Shown: in pieces, positions 52,058-64,000 of the stretch
How the letters are laid out: each line of letters begins with the position of its first letter
Position numbering within the stretch: the first letter of the stretch is position 1
Sequence record: KX009778
DNA length: 64,000 bases
Direction: 5' to 3' (one strand)
From: Escherichia phage UFV-AREG1
Notes under the pieces: generated by a model
Told to the model about the DNA's origin: nothing
The model's input: only the letters and a program-made list of their open reading frames with translations
The model's database searches: none
Translations under genes and position numbers: made by a program

Positions 52058-55000
52058 ATGGCCGAGATTAAAAGAAAGTTCAGAGCAGAAGATGGTCTGG
52101 ACGCAGGTGGTGATAAAATAATCAACGTAGCTTTAGCTGATCGTACCGTAGGAACTGACGGCGTTAACGTTGATTACTTAATTCAAGAAAACACAGTTCA
52201 ACAATATGATCCAACTCGTGGATATTTAAAAGATTTTGTAATCATTTATGATAACCGCTTTTGGGCTGCTATAAATGATATTCCAAAACCAGCAGGAGCT
52301 TTTAATAGCGGACGCTGGAGAGCATTACGTACCAATGCTAACTGGATTACGGTTTCATCTGGTTCATACCAATTAAAATCTGGTGAAGCTATTTCGGTTA
52401 ACACCGCAGCTGGTAATGATATTACATTTACTTTACCATCTACCCCAATTGATGGTGATACTATCGTTCTCCAAGATATTGGAGGAAAACCTGGAGTTAA
52501 CCAAGTTTTAATTGTAGCTCCGGTGCAAAGTATTGTAAACTTCAGAGGTCAACAAGTACGTTCAGTACTAATGACTCATCCAAAGTCACAGCTAGTTTTA
52601 ATTTTTAGTAATCGTCTGTGGCAAATGTATGTAGCTGATTATAGTAGAGAAGCTGTAGTTGTAACACCGGCAAGTCTTTATCAGGCGCAATCTAACGATT
52701 TTATCGTGCGTAGATTTACTTCTGCTGCACCAATAAATATTAAACTTCCAAGATTTGCTAATCATGGCGATATTATTAATTTCGTCGATTTAGATAAACT
52801 AAATCCACTTTATCATACAATTGTTACTACATACGATGAAACTACTTCAATACAAGAAGATGGAACTCATTCTATTGAAGGACGTACATCGATTGACGGT
52901 TTCTTGATGTATGATGATAATGAAAAATTGTGGAGATTGTTTGACGGGGATAGTAAAGCACGTTTACGTATTATAACAACTAATTCTAATATTCGTCCAA
53001 ACGAAGAAGTCATGGTATTTGGTGCGAATAACGGAACAACTCAAACAATTGAGCTTCAGCTTCCAACTAATATTTCTGTTGGTGATACTGTTAAAATTTC
53101 CATGAATTACATGAGAAAAGGACAAACAGTTAAAATCAAAGCTGCCGGTGAAGATAAAATTGCTTCTTCAGTTCAATTGCTGCAATTCCCAAAACGTTCA
53201 GAATATCCGCCTGAAACTAAATGGGTTACAGTTCAAGAATTAGTTTTTAACGGTGAAACTAATTATGTTCCAGTTTTACAGCTTGCTTATATAGAAGATT
53301 CTGATGGAAAATATTGGGTTGTACAGCAAAACGTTCCAACTGTAGAAAGAGTTGATTCTTTAAATGATTCTACTAGAGCAAGATTAGGCGTAATTGCTTT
53401 AGCTACGCAAGCTCAAGCTAATGCCGATTTAGAAAATTCTCCACAGAAAGAATTAGCAATTACACCAGAAACATTAGCTAACCGTACTGCTACAGAAACT
53501 CGTAGAGGTATCGCAAGAATAGCAACCACTGCCCAAGTGAACCAGGATACTACATTCTCTTTTGCTGATGATATTATCGTCACTCCTAAAAAGCTGAATG
53601 AAAGAACTGCCACAGAAACCCGTAGAGGTGTTGCTGAAATTGCTACACAGCAAGAAACTAATGCAGGTACTGATGATACTACAATCATCACTCCTAAAAA
53701 GCTTCAAGCTCGACAAGGTTCTGAATCATTATCTGGTATTGTAACCTTTGTATCTACCGCAGGAGCTACTCCAGCTTCTAGTCGTGAATTAAATGGTACA
53801 AATGTTTACAATAAAAACACTAATAATTTAGTTGTTTCGCCTAAAGCTTTGGATCAGTATAAAGCTACTCCAACGCAACAAGGTGCAGTAATTTTAGCAG
53901 TTGAAAGTGAAGTAATTGCTGGACAAAGTCAAGAAGGATGGGCAAATGCGGTTGTAACGCCAGAAACGTTACATAAAAAGACATCAACTGATGCAAGAAT
54001 TGGTTTAATTGAAATTGCTACGCAAAGTGAAGTTAATACAGGAACTGATTATACTCGTGCAGTCACTCCTAAAACTTTAAATGACCGTAAAGCAACTGAA
54101 GGTTTAAGTGGTATAGCTGAAATTGCTACACAAGTTGAATTCGACGCAGGCGTCGACGATACTCGTATCTCTACACCATTAAAAATTAAAACCAGATTTA
54201 ATAGTACTGATCGTACTTCTGTTGTTGCTCTATCTGGATTAGTTGAATCAGGAACTCTCTGGGACCATTATACCCTTAATATTCTTGAAGCAAATGAGAC
54301 ACAACGTGGTACACTTCGTGTAGCTACACAAGTTGAAGCTGCTGCAGGAACATTGGATAATGTTCTAATAACTCCTAAAAAGCTTTTAGGTACTAAATCT
54401 ACCGAATCGCAAGAAGGCGTTATTAAAGTTGCAACTCAGGCTGAAACTGTAGCTGGAACGTCAGCAAATACTGCTGTATCTCCAAAAAATTTAAAATGGG
54501 TTGTACAGAGTGAACCTACTTGGGCAGCTACTACTTTGGTAAGAGGTTTTGTTAAAACTTCATCTGGTTCAATTACATTCGTTGGTAATGATATAGTTGG
54601 TTCAACACAGTCATTAGAATTATATGAGAAAAATAGCTATGCAGTATCGCCATATGAATTAAACCGCGTATTAGCAAATTATTTGCCGTTAAAAGCAAAA
54701 GCTGCAGATAGTAATTTATTAGATGGTCTAGATTCATCTCAGTTCATTCGTAGGGATATTGCACAGACAGTTAATGGTTCACTAACCTTAACTCAACAAA
54801 CGAATCTGAGTGCCCCTCTTGTATCATCTAGTACTGCTACGTTTGGTGGATCAGTTTCAGCAAATAGTACACTAACCATTTCTAATACTGATGGAACAGC
54901 AACTCGTCTGATTTTTGAGAAAGGACCTCAAACTGGAACGAACCCGGCTCAAACGATGACAGTCAGCGTGTGGGGGAATCAATTTAGTGGGGAATCAAAC

Positions 55001-55930
55001 ACAACACGTTCTACCGTATTTGAAGTTAGTGATGAAACATCTTATCACTTTTATTCTCAACGCGATAAAGATGGTAATATAGCATTTAGCATTAATGGTA
55101 CTGTAATGCCAATAAATGTGAATGCTTTAGGTTCTTTGAATGCGAATGGCATTGCAACATTCGGTAGTTCAGTTACTGCTAATGGCGAATTTATCAGTAA
55201 ATCATCGAATGCTTTCAGAGCAATAAATGGTAATTATGGATTCTTTATTCGTAACGCTGGTAATGACACCTATTTTATGCTCACTGCAGCCGGTGATCAG
55301 AGCGGTGGATTTAATGGATTACGTCCATTATCAATTAATAATCAATCTGGTCAAGTAACGATTGGTGAAAGCTTAATCATTGCCAAAGGTGCTACTATAA
55401 GTTCAGGTGGTTTAACTGTTAACTCGAGAATTCGTTCTCAGGGTACTAAAACCTCTGATTTATATACCCGTGCGCCAACATCTGATACTGTAGGATTCTG
55501 GTCAATCGATATTAATGATTCAGCCACTTATAACCAGTTCCCGGGTTATTTTGAAATGGTTGAAAAAACTAATGAAGTGACTGGACTTCCATACTTAGAA
55601 CGTGGCGAAGAGGTTAAATCTCCTGGTACATTGACTCAGTTTGGTAACACACTCGATTCGCTTTACCAAGATTGGATTACTTATCCAACGACCCCAGAAG
55701 CGCGCACCACTCGCTGGACGCGTACATGGCAGAAAACCAAAAACTCTTGGTCAAGTTTTGTTCAGGTATTTGATGGGGGTAACCCTCCTCAGCCATCTGA
55801 TATCGGTGCTTTACCATCTGATAATGCTACAATGGGGAATCTTACTATTCGTGATTTCTTACGAATTGGTAATGTTCGCATTATTCCTGACCCAGTGAAT
55901 AAATCTGTTAAATTTGAATGGATTGAATAA
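52058..55930 (+). CDS. 34: Long tail fibre proximal subunit gp34
   Basis: 1290 aa; internal repeated motifs (TPKKL…, ATETRRG..IAT…); length matches T4 gp34. Confidence 0.95.
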   Translation: MAEIKRKFRAEDGLDAGGDKIINVALADRTVGTDGVNVDYLIQENTVQQYDPTRGYLKDFVIIYDNRFWAAINDIPKPAGAFNSGRWRALRTNANWITVSSGSYQLKSGEAISVNTAAGNDITFTLPSTPIDGDTIVLQDIGGKPGVNQVLIVAPVQSIVNFRGQQVRSVLMTHPKSQLVLIFSNRLWQMYVADYSREAVVVTPASLYQAQSNDFIVRRFTSAAPINIKLPRFANHGDIINFVDLDKLNPLYHTIVTTYDETTSIQEDGTHSIEGRTSIDGFLMYDDNEKLWRLFDGDSKARLRIITTNSNIRPNEEVMVFGANNGTTQTIELQLPTNISVGDTVKISMNYMRKGQTVKIKAAGEDKIASSVQLLQFPKRSEYPPETKWVTVQELVFNGETNYVPVLQLAYIEDSDGKYWVVQQNVPTVERVDSLNDSTRARLGVIALATQAQANADLENSPQKELAITPETLANRTATETRRGIARIATTAQVNQDTTFSFADDIIVTPKKLNERTATETRRGVAEIATQQETNAGTDDTTIITPKKLQARQGSESLSGIVTFVSTAGATPASSRELNGTNVYNKNTNNLVVSPKALDQYKATPTQQGAVILAVESEVIAGQSQEGWANAVVTPETLHKKTSTDARIGLIEIATQSEVNTGTDYTRAVTPKTLNDRKATEGLSGIAEIATQVEFDAGVDDTRISTPLKIKTRFNSTDRTSVVALSGLVESGTLWDHYTLNILEANETQRGTLRVATQVEAAAGTLDNVLITPKKLLGTKSTESQEGVIKVATQAETVAGTSANTAVSPKNLKWVVQSEPTWAATTLVRGFVKTSSGSITFVGNDIVGSTQSLELYEKNSYAVSPYELNRVLANYLPLKAKAADSNLLDGLDSSQFIRRDIAQTVNGSLTLTQQTNLSAPLVSSSTATFGGSVSANSTLTISNTDGTATRLIFEKGPQTGTNPAQTMTVSVWGNQFSGESNTTRSTVFEVSDETSYHFYSQRDKDGNIAFSINGTVMPINVNALGSLNANGIATFGSSVTANGEFISKSSNAFRAINGNYGFFIRNAGNDTYFMLTAAGDQSGGFNGLRPLSINNQSGQVTIGESLIIAKGATISSGGLTVNSRIRSQGTKTSDLYTRAPTSDTVGFWSIDINDSATYNQFPGYFEMVEKTNEVTGLPYLERGEEVKSPGTLTQFGNTLDSLYQDWITYPTTPEARTTRWTRTWQKTKNSWSSFVQVFDGGNPPQPSDIGALPSDNATMGNLTIRDFLRIGNVRIIPDPVNKSVKFEWIE
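53400..54450 (+). repeat. Internal tandem sequence motifs within gp34 (approximate span)
   Basis: Repeated peptide units such as ATETRRGIARIATTAQ / ATETRRGVAEIATQQE / TDARIGLIEIATQSE in translation. Confidence 0.5.
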
Positions 55931-55938
55931 GAGGTATT

Positions 55939-57057
55939 ATGGAAAAATTTATGGCAGAGTTTGGACAAGGATATGTCCAAACGCCATTTTTATCGGAAAG
56001 CAATTCAGTAAGATATAAAATAAGTATAGCGGGTTCTTGCCCGCTTTCTACTGCAGAAGGACCATACGTTAAATTTCAGGATAATCCTGTCGGAAGTCAA
56101 ACATTTAGCGCAGGACTTCATTTAAGAGTTTTTGACCCTTCTACAGGAGCATTAGTTGATAGTAAGTCATATGCTTTTTCGACTTCAAATGATACTACAT
56201 CAGCTGCTTTTGTTAGTTTCATGAATTCTTTGACGAATAATAGACTTGTTGCTATATTAACTAACGGAAAAGTTAATTTTCCTCCTGAAGTAGTATCTTG
56301 GATAAGAACCGCAGGAACGTCTGCTTTTCCATCTGATTCTGTATTGTCAAGATTCGACGTATCATATGCTGCTTTTTACACTTCTTCTAAAAGAGCTATT
56401 GCATTAGAGCATGTTAAACTAAGTAATAGAAAAAGCACAGATGACTATCAAACTATTTTAGATGTTGTATTTGATAGTTTAGAAGACGTTGGAGCTACAG
56501 GATTTCCTAAAAGAACATACGAAAGCGTTGAGCAATTTATGTCAGCGGTTGGTGGAACTAATAACGAAATTGCACGTTTACCAACTTCATCCGCGATAAG
56601 TAAACTCTCTGATTATAATTTAATTCCTGGCGATGTTCTTTATCTTAAAGCACAGCTATATGCTGATGCCGATTTACTTGCGCTTGGAACTACAAATATA
56701 TCTATCCGTTTTTATGATGAATCGAATGGATATATTTCTTCAACACATGCTGAGTTTACTGGACAAGCTGGGTCATGGGAATTAAAGGAAGATTATGTAG
56801 TTATTCCAGAAAATGCAGTAGGATTTACGATATACGCACAAAGAACTGCACAAGCTGGTCAAGGTGGCATGAGAAATTTAAGCTTTTCTGAAGTGTCAAG
56901 AAATGGAGGTATTTCGAAACCTGCTGAATTTGGTATCAACGGCATTCGTGTTAATTATATCTGTGAATCTGCTTCACCTCCGGATATAATGGTACTTCCT
57001 ACGCAAGCATCGTCTAAAGCTGGTAAAGTATTTGGGCAAGAATTTAGAGAAGTATAA
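55939..57057 (+). CDS. 35: Long tail fibre hinge protein gp35
   Basis: 372 aa, synteny. Confidence 0.9.
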   Translation: MEKFMAEFGQGYVQTPFLSESNSVRYKISIAGSCPLSTAEGPYVKFQDNPVGSQTFSAGLHLRVFDPSTGALVDSKSYAFSTSNDTTSAAFVSFMNSLTNNRLVAILTNGKVNFPPEVVSWIRTAGTSAFPSDSVLSRFDVSYAAFYTSSKRAIALEHVKLSNRKSTDDYQTILDVVFDSLEDVGATGFPKRTYESVEQFMSAVGGTNNEIARLPTSSAISKLSDYNLIPGDVLYLKAQLYADADLLALGTTNISIRFYDESNGYISSTHAEFTGQAGSWELKEDYVVIPENAVGFTIYAQRTAQAGQGGMRNLSFSEVSRNGGISKPAEFGINGIRVNYICESASPPDIMVLPTQASSKAGKVFGQEFREV

Positions 57058-57062
57058 ATTGA

Positions 57063-57086
57063 GGGAGCCTTCGGGTTCCCTTTTTC
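57063..57086 (+). terminator. Intrinsic terminator after gene 35
   Basis: gggagcc-ttcg-ggttccc followed by tttttc. Confidence 0.65.
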
Positions 57087-57088
57087 TT

Positions 57089-57096
57089 TATAAATA
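57089..57096 (+). promoter_or_regulatory. T4 late promoter TATAAATA upstream of gene 36
   Basis: Exact octamer 23 nt upstream of ATG. Confidence 0.6.
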
Positions 57097-57119
57097 CTAT
57101 TAAAATAAAGGGGCATACA

Positions 57120-57776
57120 ATGGCTGATTTAAAAGTAGGTTCAACAACTGGAGGCTCTGTCATTTGGCATCAAGGAAATTTTCCATTGAATCCAGCCGGT
57201 GACGATGTACTCTATAAATCATTTAAAATATATTCAGAATACAATAAGCCACAGGCAACTGATAACGATTTCGTTTCTAAAGCTAATGGCGGTACGTATT
57301 TAAATAAAGTAATTTTTAATAAAGGAATGACTGTTCCTGGTGCAGGGTCAGGTGACAATGGTATTTTTGCTGGTCCTGGTGATAATGCCACGTATGATAC
57401 TACAAATATGGATATCGTTTCGTGGTATGGTATTGGTTTTAAATCATCACAAGGAACAGCAGGTAGAACTGTAGTAATTAACACGCGAAATGGAGATATT
57501 AGCTCAAAGGGCGTAATTGAAGCATCACAAATACGCGCAACTTCATTATCACCAGTAAATAATTATGACCTTACACGGAAAGATTATGTTGATGGAGCAA
57601 TAAATATTGTTACAGCAAACGCAAACTCTAGAGTATTACGCTCTGGAGACACTATGACAGGAAATTTGACTGCGCCAAACCTTTTTTCACAGAATCCTGC
57701 ATCTCAACCCTCACATGTTCCACGATTTGATCAAATTGTTATTAAGGATTCTGTTCAAGATTTCGGCTATTATTAA
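57120..57776 (+). CDS. 36: Long tail fibre distal connector gp36
   Basis: 218 aa, synteny between 35 and 37. Confidence 0.9.
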   Translation: MADLKVGSTTGGSVIWHQGNFPLNPAGDDVLYKSFKIYSEYNKPQATDNDFVSKANGGTYLNKVIFNKGMTVPGAGSGDNGIFAGPGDNATYDTTNMDIVSWYGIGFKSSQGTAGRTVVINTRNGDISSKGVIEASQIRATSLSPVNNYDLTRKDYVDGAINIVTANANSRVLRSGDTMTGNLTAPNLFSQNPASQPSHVPRFDQIVIKDSVQDFGYY

Positions 57777-57784
57777 GAGGACTT

Positions 57785-61904
<4,120 letters not shown>

Positions 61905-61934
61905 TTTGAATAAATATCCTTAAAAGGAGGGTCT

Positions 61935-62591
61935 ATGGCAGCACCTAGAATATCATTTTCGCCCTCTGATATTCTGTTGGGTGTTCTAGATCGCTTGTTC
62001 AAAGATAACGCTACCGGGAAGGTTCTTGCTTCCCGAGTAGCTGTCGTAATTCTTTTGTTTATAATGGCGATTGTTTGGTATAGGGGAGATAGTTTCTTTG
62101 AGTACTATAAGCAATCAAAGTATGAAACATACCGTGAAATTATTGAAAAGGAAAGAAATGCACGCTTTGAATCTGTCGCCCTGGAACAACTCCAGATAGT
62201 TCATATATCATCTGAGGCAGACTTTAGTGCGGTGTATTCTTTCCGCCCTAAAAACTTAAACTATTTTGTTGATATTATAGCATATGAAGGAAAATTACCT
62301 TCAACAATAAGCGAAAAATCACTTGGAGGATATCCTGTTGATAAAACTATGGATGAATATACAGTTCATTTAAATGGACGTCATTATTATTCCGATTCAA
62401 AATTTGCTTTTTTACCAACTAAAAAGCCTACTCCCGAAATAAATTACATGTACAGTTGTCCATATTTCAATTTGGATAACATCTATGCTGGAACAATAAC
62501 CATGTACTGGTATAGAAATGATCATATAAGTAATGACCGCCTTGAATCAATATGTTCTCAGGCGGCCAGAATATTAGGAAGGGCTAAATAA
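61935..62591 (+). CDS. t: Holin T
   Basis: 218 aa; N-terminal TM segment VAVVILLFIMAIVW; matches T4 holin length. Confidence 0.95.
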   Translation: MAAPRISFSPSDILLGVLDRLFKDNATGKVLASRVAVVILLFIMAIVWYRGDSFFEYYKQSKYETYREIIEKERNARFESVALEQLQIVHISSEADFSAVYSFRPKNLNYFVDIIAYEGKLPSTISEKSLGGYPVDKTMDEYTVHLNGRHYYSDSKFAFLPTKKPTPEINYMYSCPYFNLDNIYAGTITMYWYRNDHISNDRLESICSQAARILGRAK

Positions 62592-62864
62592 TTATTTGTT
62601 CGTATACATCTCTAGATATCGATATACACTCTCAAAACCCTCGTTGAATTCGTCGATGAGGGTTTTCTTATCTTCTTGGGTTAATTCAGAAACAATTTTA
62701 CGGAATGAATTCTGATTTAATTTTCTACCTTCATGCGTTACTCCAATCTCATTCAGAAATGCAATAAAATTAGCACGATTTTCAACAATATCTTCTCTGG
62801 AAAATTTAATCAAAATAGACGCAACAGTAATAATTTCACGAACTGTATCAATGTTTTTATTCAT
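62592..62864 (-). CDS. asiA: Anti-sigma70 factor AsiA
   Basis: 90 aa, matches T4 AsiA. Confidence 0.93.
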   Translation of the reverse strand: MNKNIDTVREIITVASILIKFSREDIVENRANFIAFLNEIGVTHEGRKLNQNSFRKIVSELTQEDKKTLIDEFNEGFESVYRYLEMYTNK

Positions 62865-62876
62865 TAACTATACCAC

Positions 62877-63029
62877 TCAATTAGTTGACTTTATTATAAT
62901 ATCATCAGACGCTTGATTTGTAAACTGATCTGTGTTGTTTTCTTCAAAAATTTTTTCTACGAATTCCTTGAACGACTCACGTTCCTGAGCTACATTATGC
63001 TCGATTACCATTTCAAGATTATGACTCAT
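62877..63029 (-). CDS. Small hypothetical protein (asiA.5 position), 50 aa
   Basis: ORF MSHNLEMVIEHNVAQERE… with ATGA overlap on arn stop; below ORF-track cutoff. Confidence 0.45.
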   Translation of the reverse strand: MSHNLEMVIEHNVAQERESFKEFVEKIFEENNTDQFTNQASDDIIIKSTN

Positions 63030-63304
63030 TCGAAATAATCTTCAATTTCGTAATCATGGACATAAATCATTATAGTTTTTAATACATCATCAATACTTTT
63101 TCCTGGAGCTGGAATTATGTAAAAATATCCCGCCTTTGAGTTATCTTTATAAGTTCCAACCAAGAAATCATTATTCTCGAGATGTAATTCTTCAACTAAT
63201 TCATTGACAATTGAGTGGTATAAATTTGGTAGAAACTTGTATAGCTTTTCTAGAATATCAATTTTGATTGTATATTGAACCACAGATTGAGAATCAATAA
63301 TCAT
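63026..63304 (-). CDS. arn: Anti-restriction nuclease Arn
   Basis: 92 aa, matches T4 Arn. Confidence 0.9.
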   Translation of the reverse strand: MIIDSQSVVQYTIKIDILEKLYKFLPNLYHSIVNELVEELHLENNDFLVGTYKDNSKAGYFYIIPAPGKSIDDVLKTIMIYVHDYEIEDYFE

Positions 63305-63387
63305 AGACCTTCCCCTTATGTTTCTGTTTACGATTAGAATCTTTAAACGCTTTCTTCTTATCTTTATGAACAGAAGCTTTATTAAAA

Positions 63388-63606
63388 TTATGTTTTGCGA
63401 CTAAATTGTTCATAGTGCTGAATTACCTCTCTTAAACATTTGCATGTGAATGAGAACTTTTTAGCTACACCACACTCAAATATATGTTCTCTTAAATCAC
63501 GTGTATCGGTATATCCCATCTCAACAATAAAATGCCTTATTAGATTTTTATCTTTATCATTGAGAGAATTAAAATAATCAGATTTTGAATTAATTTCCCT
63601 AGCCAA
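63388..63606 (-). CDS. Hypothetical protein (arn.1 position)
   Basis: 72 aa ORF. Confidence 0.6.
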   Translation of the reverse strand: MAREINSKSDYFNSLNDKDKNLIRHFIVEMGYTDTRDLREHIFECGVAKKFSFTCKCLREVIQHYEQFSRKT

Positions 63607-63886
63607 ATTGAATCACCTTCAGTTGACGTTTTAATTCTTTTATCATTTCTTCGTTCATCGCAATATAAAGATCGCGTAAAGCAGGTTTTAGCATTCCATT
63701 TACTGGAGAACTAAATGGACATACATAATCTTTTCCTACAAGCTTTTTGGTAAATTCCATATCACAAAATTTAAATGCCGGCTCATTCGCATAAATTCCC
63801 CAATTAGTTGACATCATTTTATTGGCATATTCCAGTGCCTGAATTTGATTCATAATTCCATCAATTTGAAACTTTTTAATATTCAT
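63599..63886 (-). CDS. Hypothetical protein (arn.2 position)
   Basis: 95 aa ORF. Confidence 0.65.
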   Translation of the reverse strand: MNIKKFQIDGIMNQIQALEYANKMMSTNWGIYANEPAFKFCDMEFTKKLVGKDYVCPFSSPVNGMLKPALRDLYIAMNEEMIKELKRQLKVIQFG

Positions 63887-63896
63887 TAGTAAAGGT

Positions 63897-64000
63897 CCTC
63901 AGAGTAAAGTTCTTTTTCACTACCACCACGTTCAATACGTACTTGTCCAGCGTAAGTTGCAATAATCATTGCTTCTTCGCGTGTCCAATAATTACTGTAT
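63897..64000 (-). CDS. C-terminal end of a minus-strand ORF continuing beyond window
   Basis: Open frame from window edge to stop at 63897 (…[15 protein letters not shown]). Confidence 0.5.

Noticed and set aside
53413-53716. Two antisense ORFs inside gene 34
   Set aside because: Embedded in the repeat-rich part of the tail fibre gene on the opposite strand; typical spurious ORFs.
61905-61934. Late promoter for holin t (aataaata / tataat-like)
   Set aside because: No exact TATAAATA octamer; only near matches, so not reported as a feature.

Overview
This window is a T4-like (T-even, Tequatrovirus-type) Escherichia phage genome segment; every large ORF translates to a recognisable T4-family protein in T4 gene order. 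Plus strand: late morphogenesis genes 18 (3' part)-19-20-67-68-21-22-23-24, uvsW, baseplate genes 51-27-28-29-48-54, long tail fibre genes 34-35-36-37-38 and holin t. Minus strand: rnlB-24.2-24.3-hoc-inh, uvsY/25/26, and a long early/middle block alt-30-30.x-rIII-31-cd-pseT-spanins-alc-rnlA-denA-nrdB-nrdA-td-frd-32-59-33-dsbA-rnh, then asiA and arn. Late promoters (TATAAATA), T4-type early promoters (GTTTACA-N17-TAnnAT) and many GC hairpins with UUCG/GNRA-type loops are visible. Against the T4 order as I recall it, the window lacks the td and nrdB introns and segD/segE, and carries accessory insertions instead. The most interesting is an HNH homing-endonuclease cassette inside nrdA, flanked by an exact tandem duplication of about 220 bp of nrdA, so that nrdA exists as two overlapping fragments. 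Others are a second HNH gene between uvsW and uvsW.1, a GIY-YIG Seg-like gene between 59 and 32, an unknown ORF between frd and td, two tandem Alt-family ADP-ribosyltransferase paralogs, and a T2-type tail-fibre tip (gp37 with a C-terminal self-cleaving chaperone-like domain plus a glycine-rich gp38 adhesin). All calls rest on reading the sequence and ORF translations from memory of T4 biology; no database search was run.
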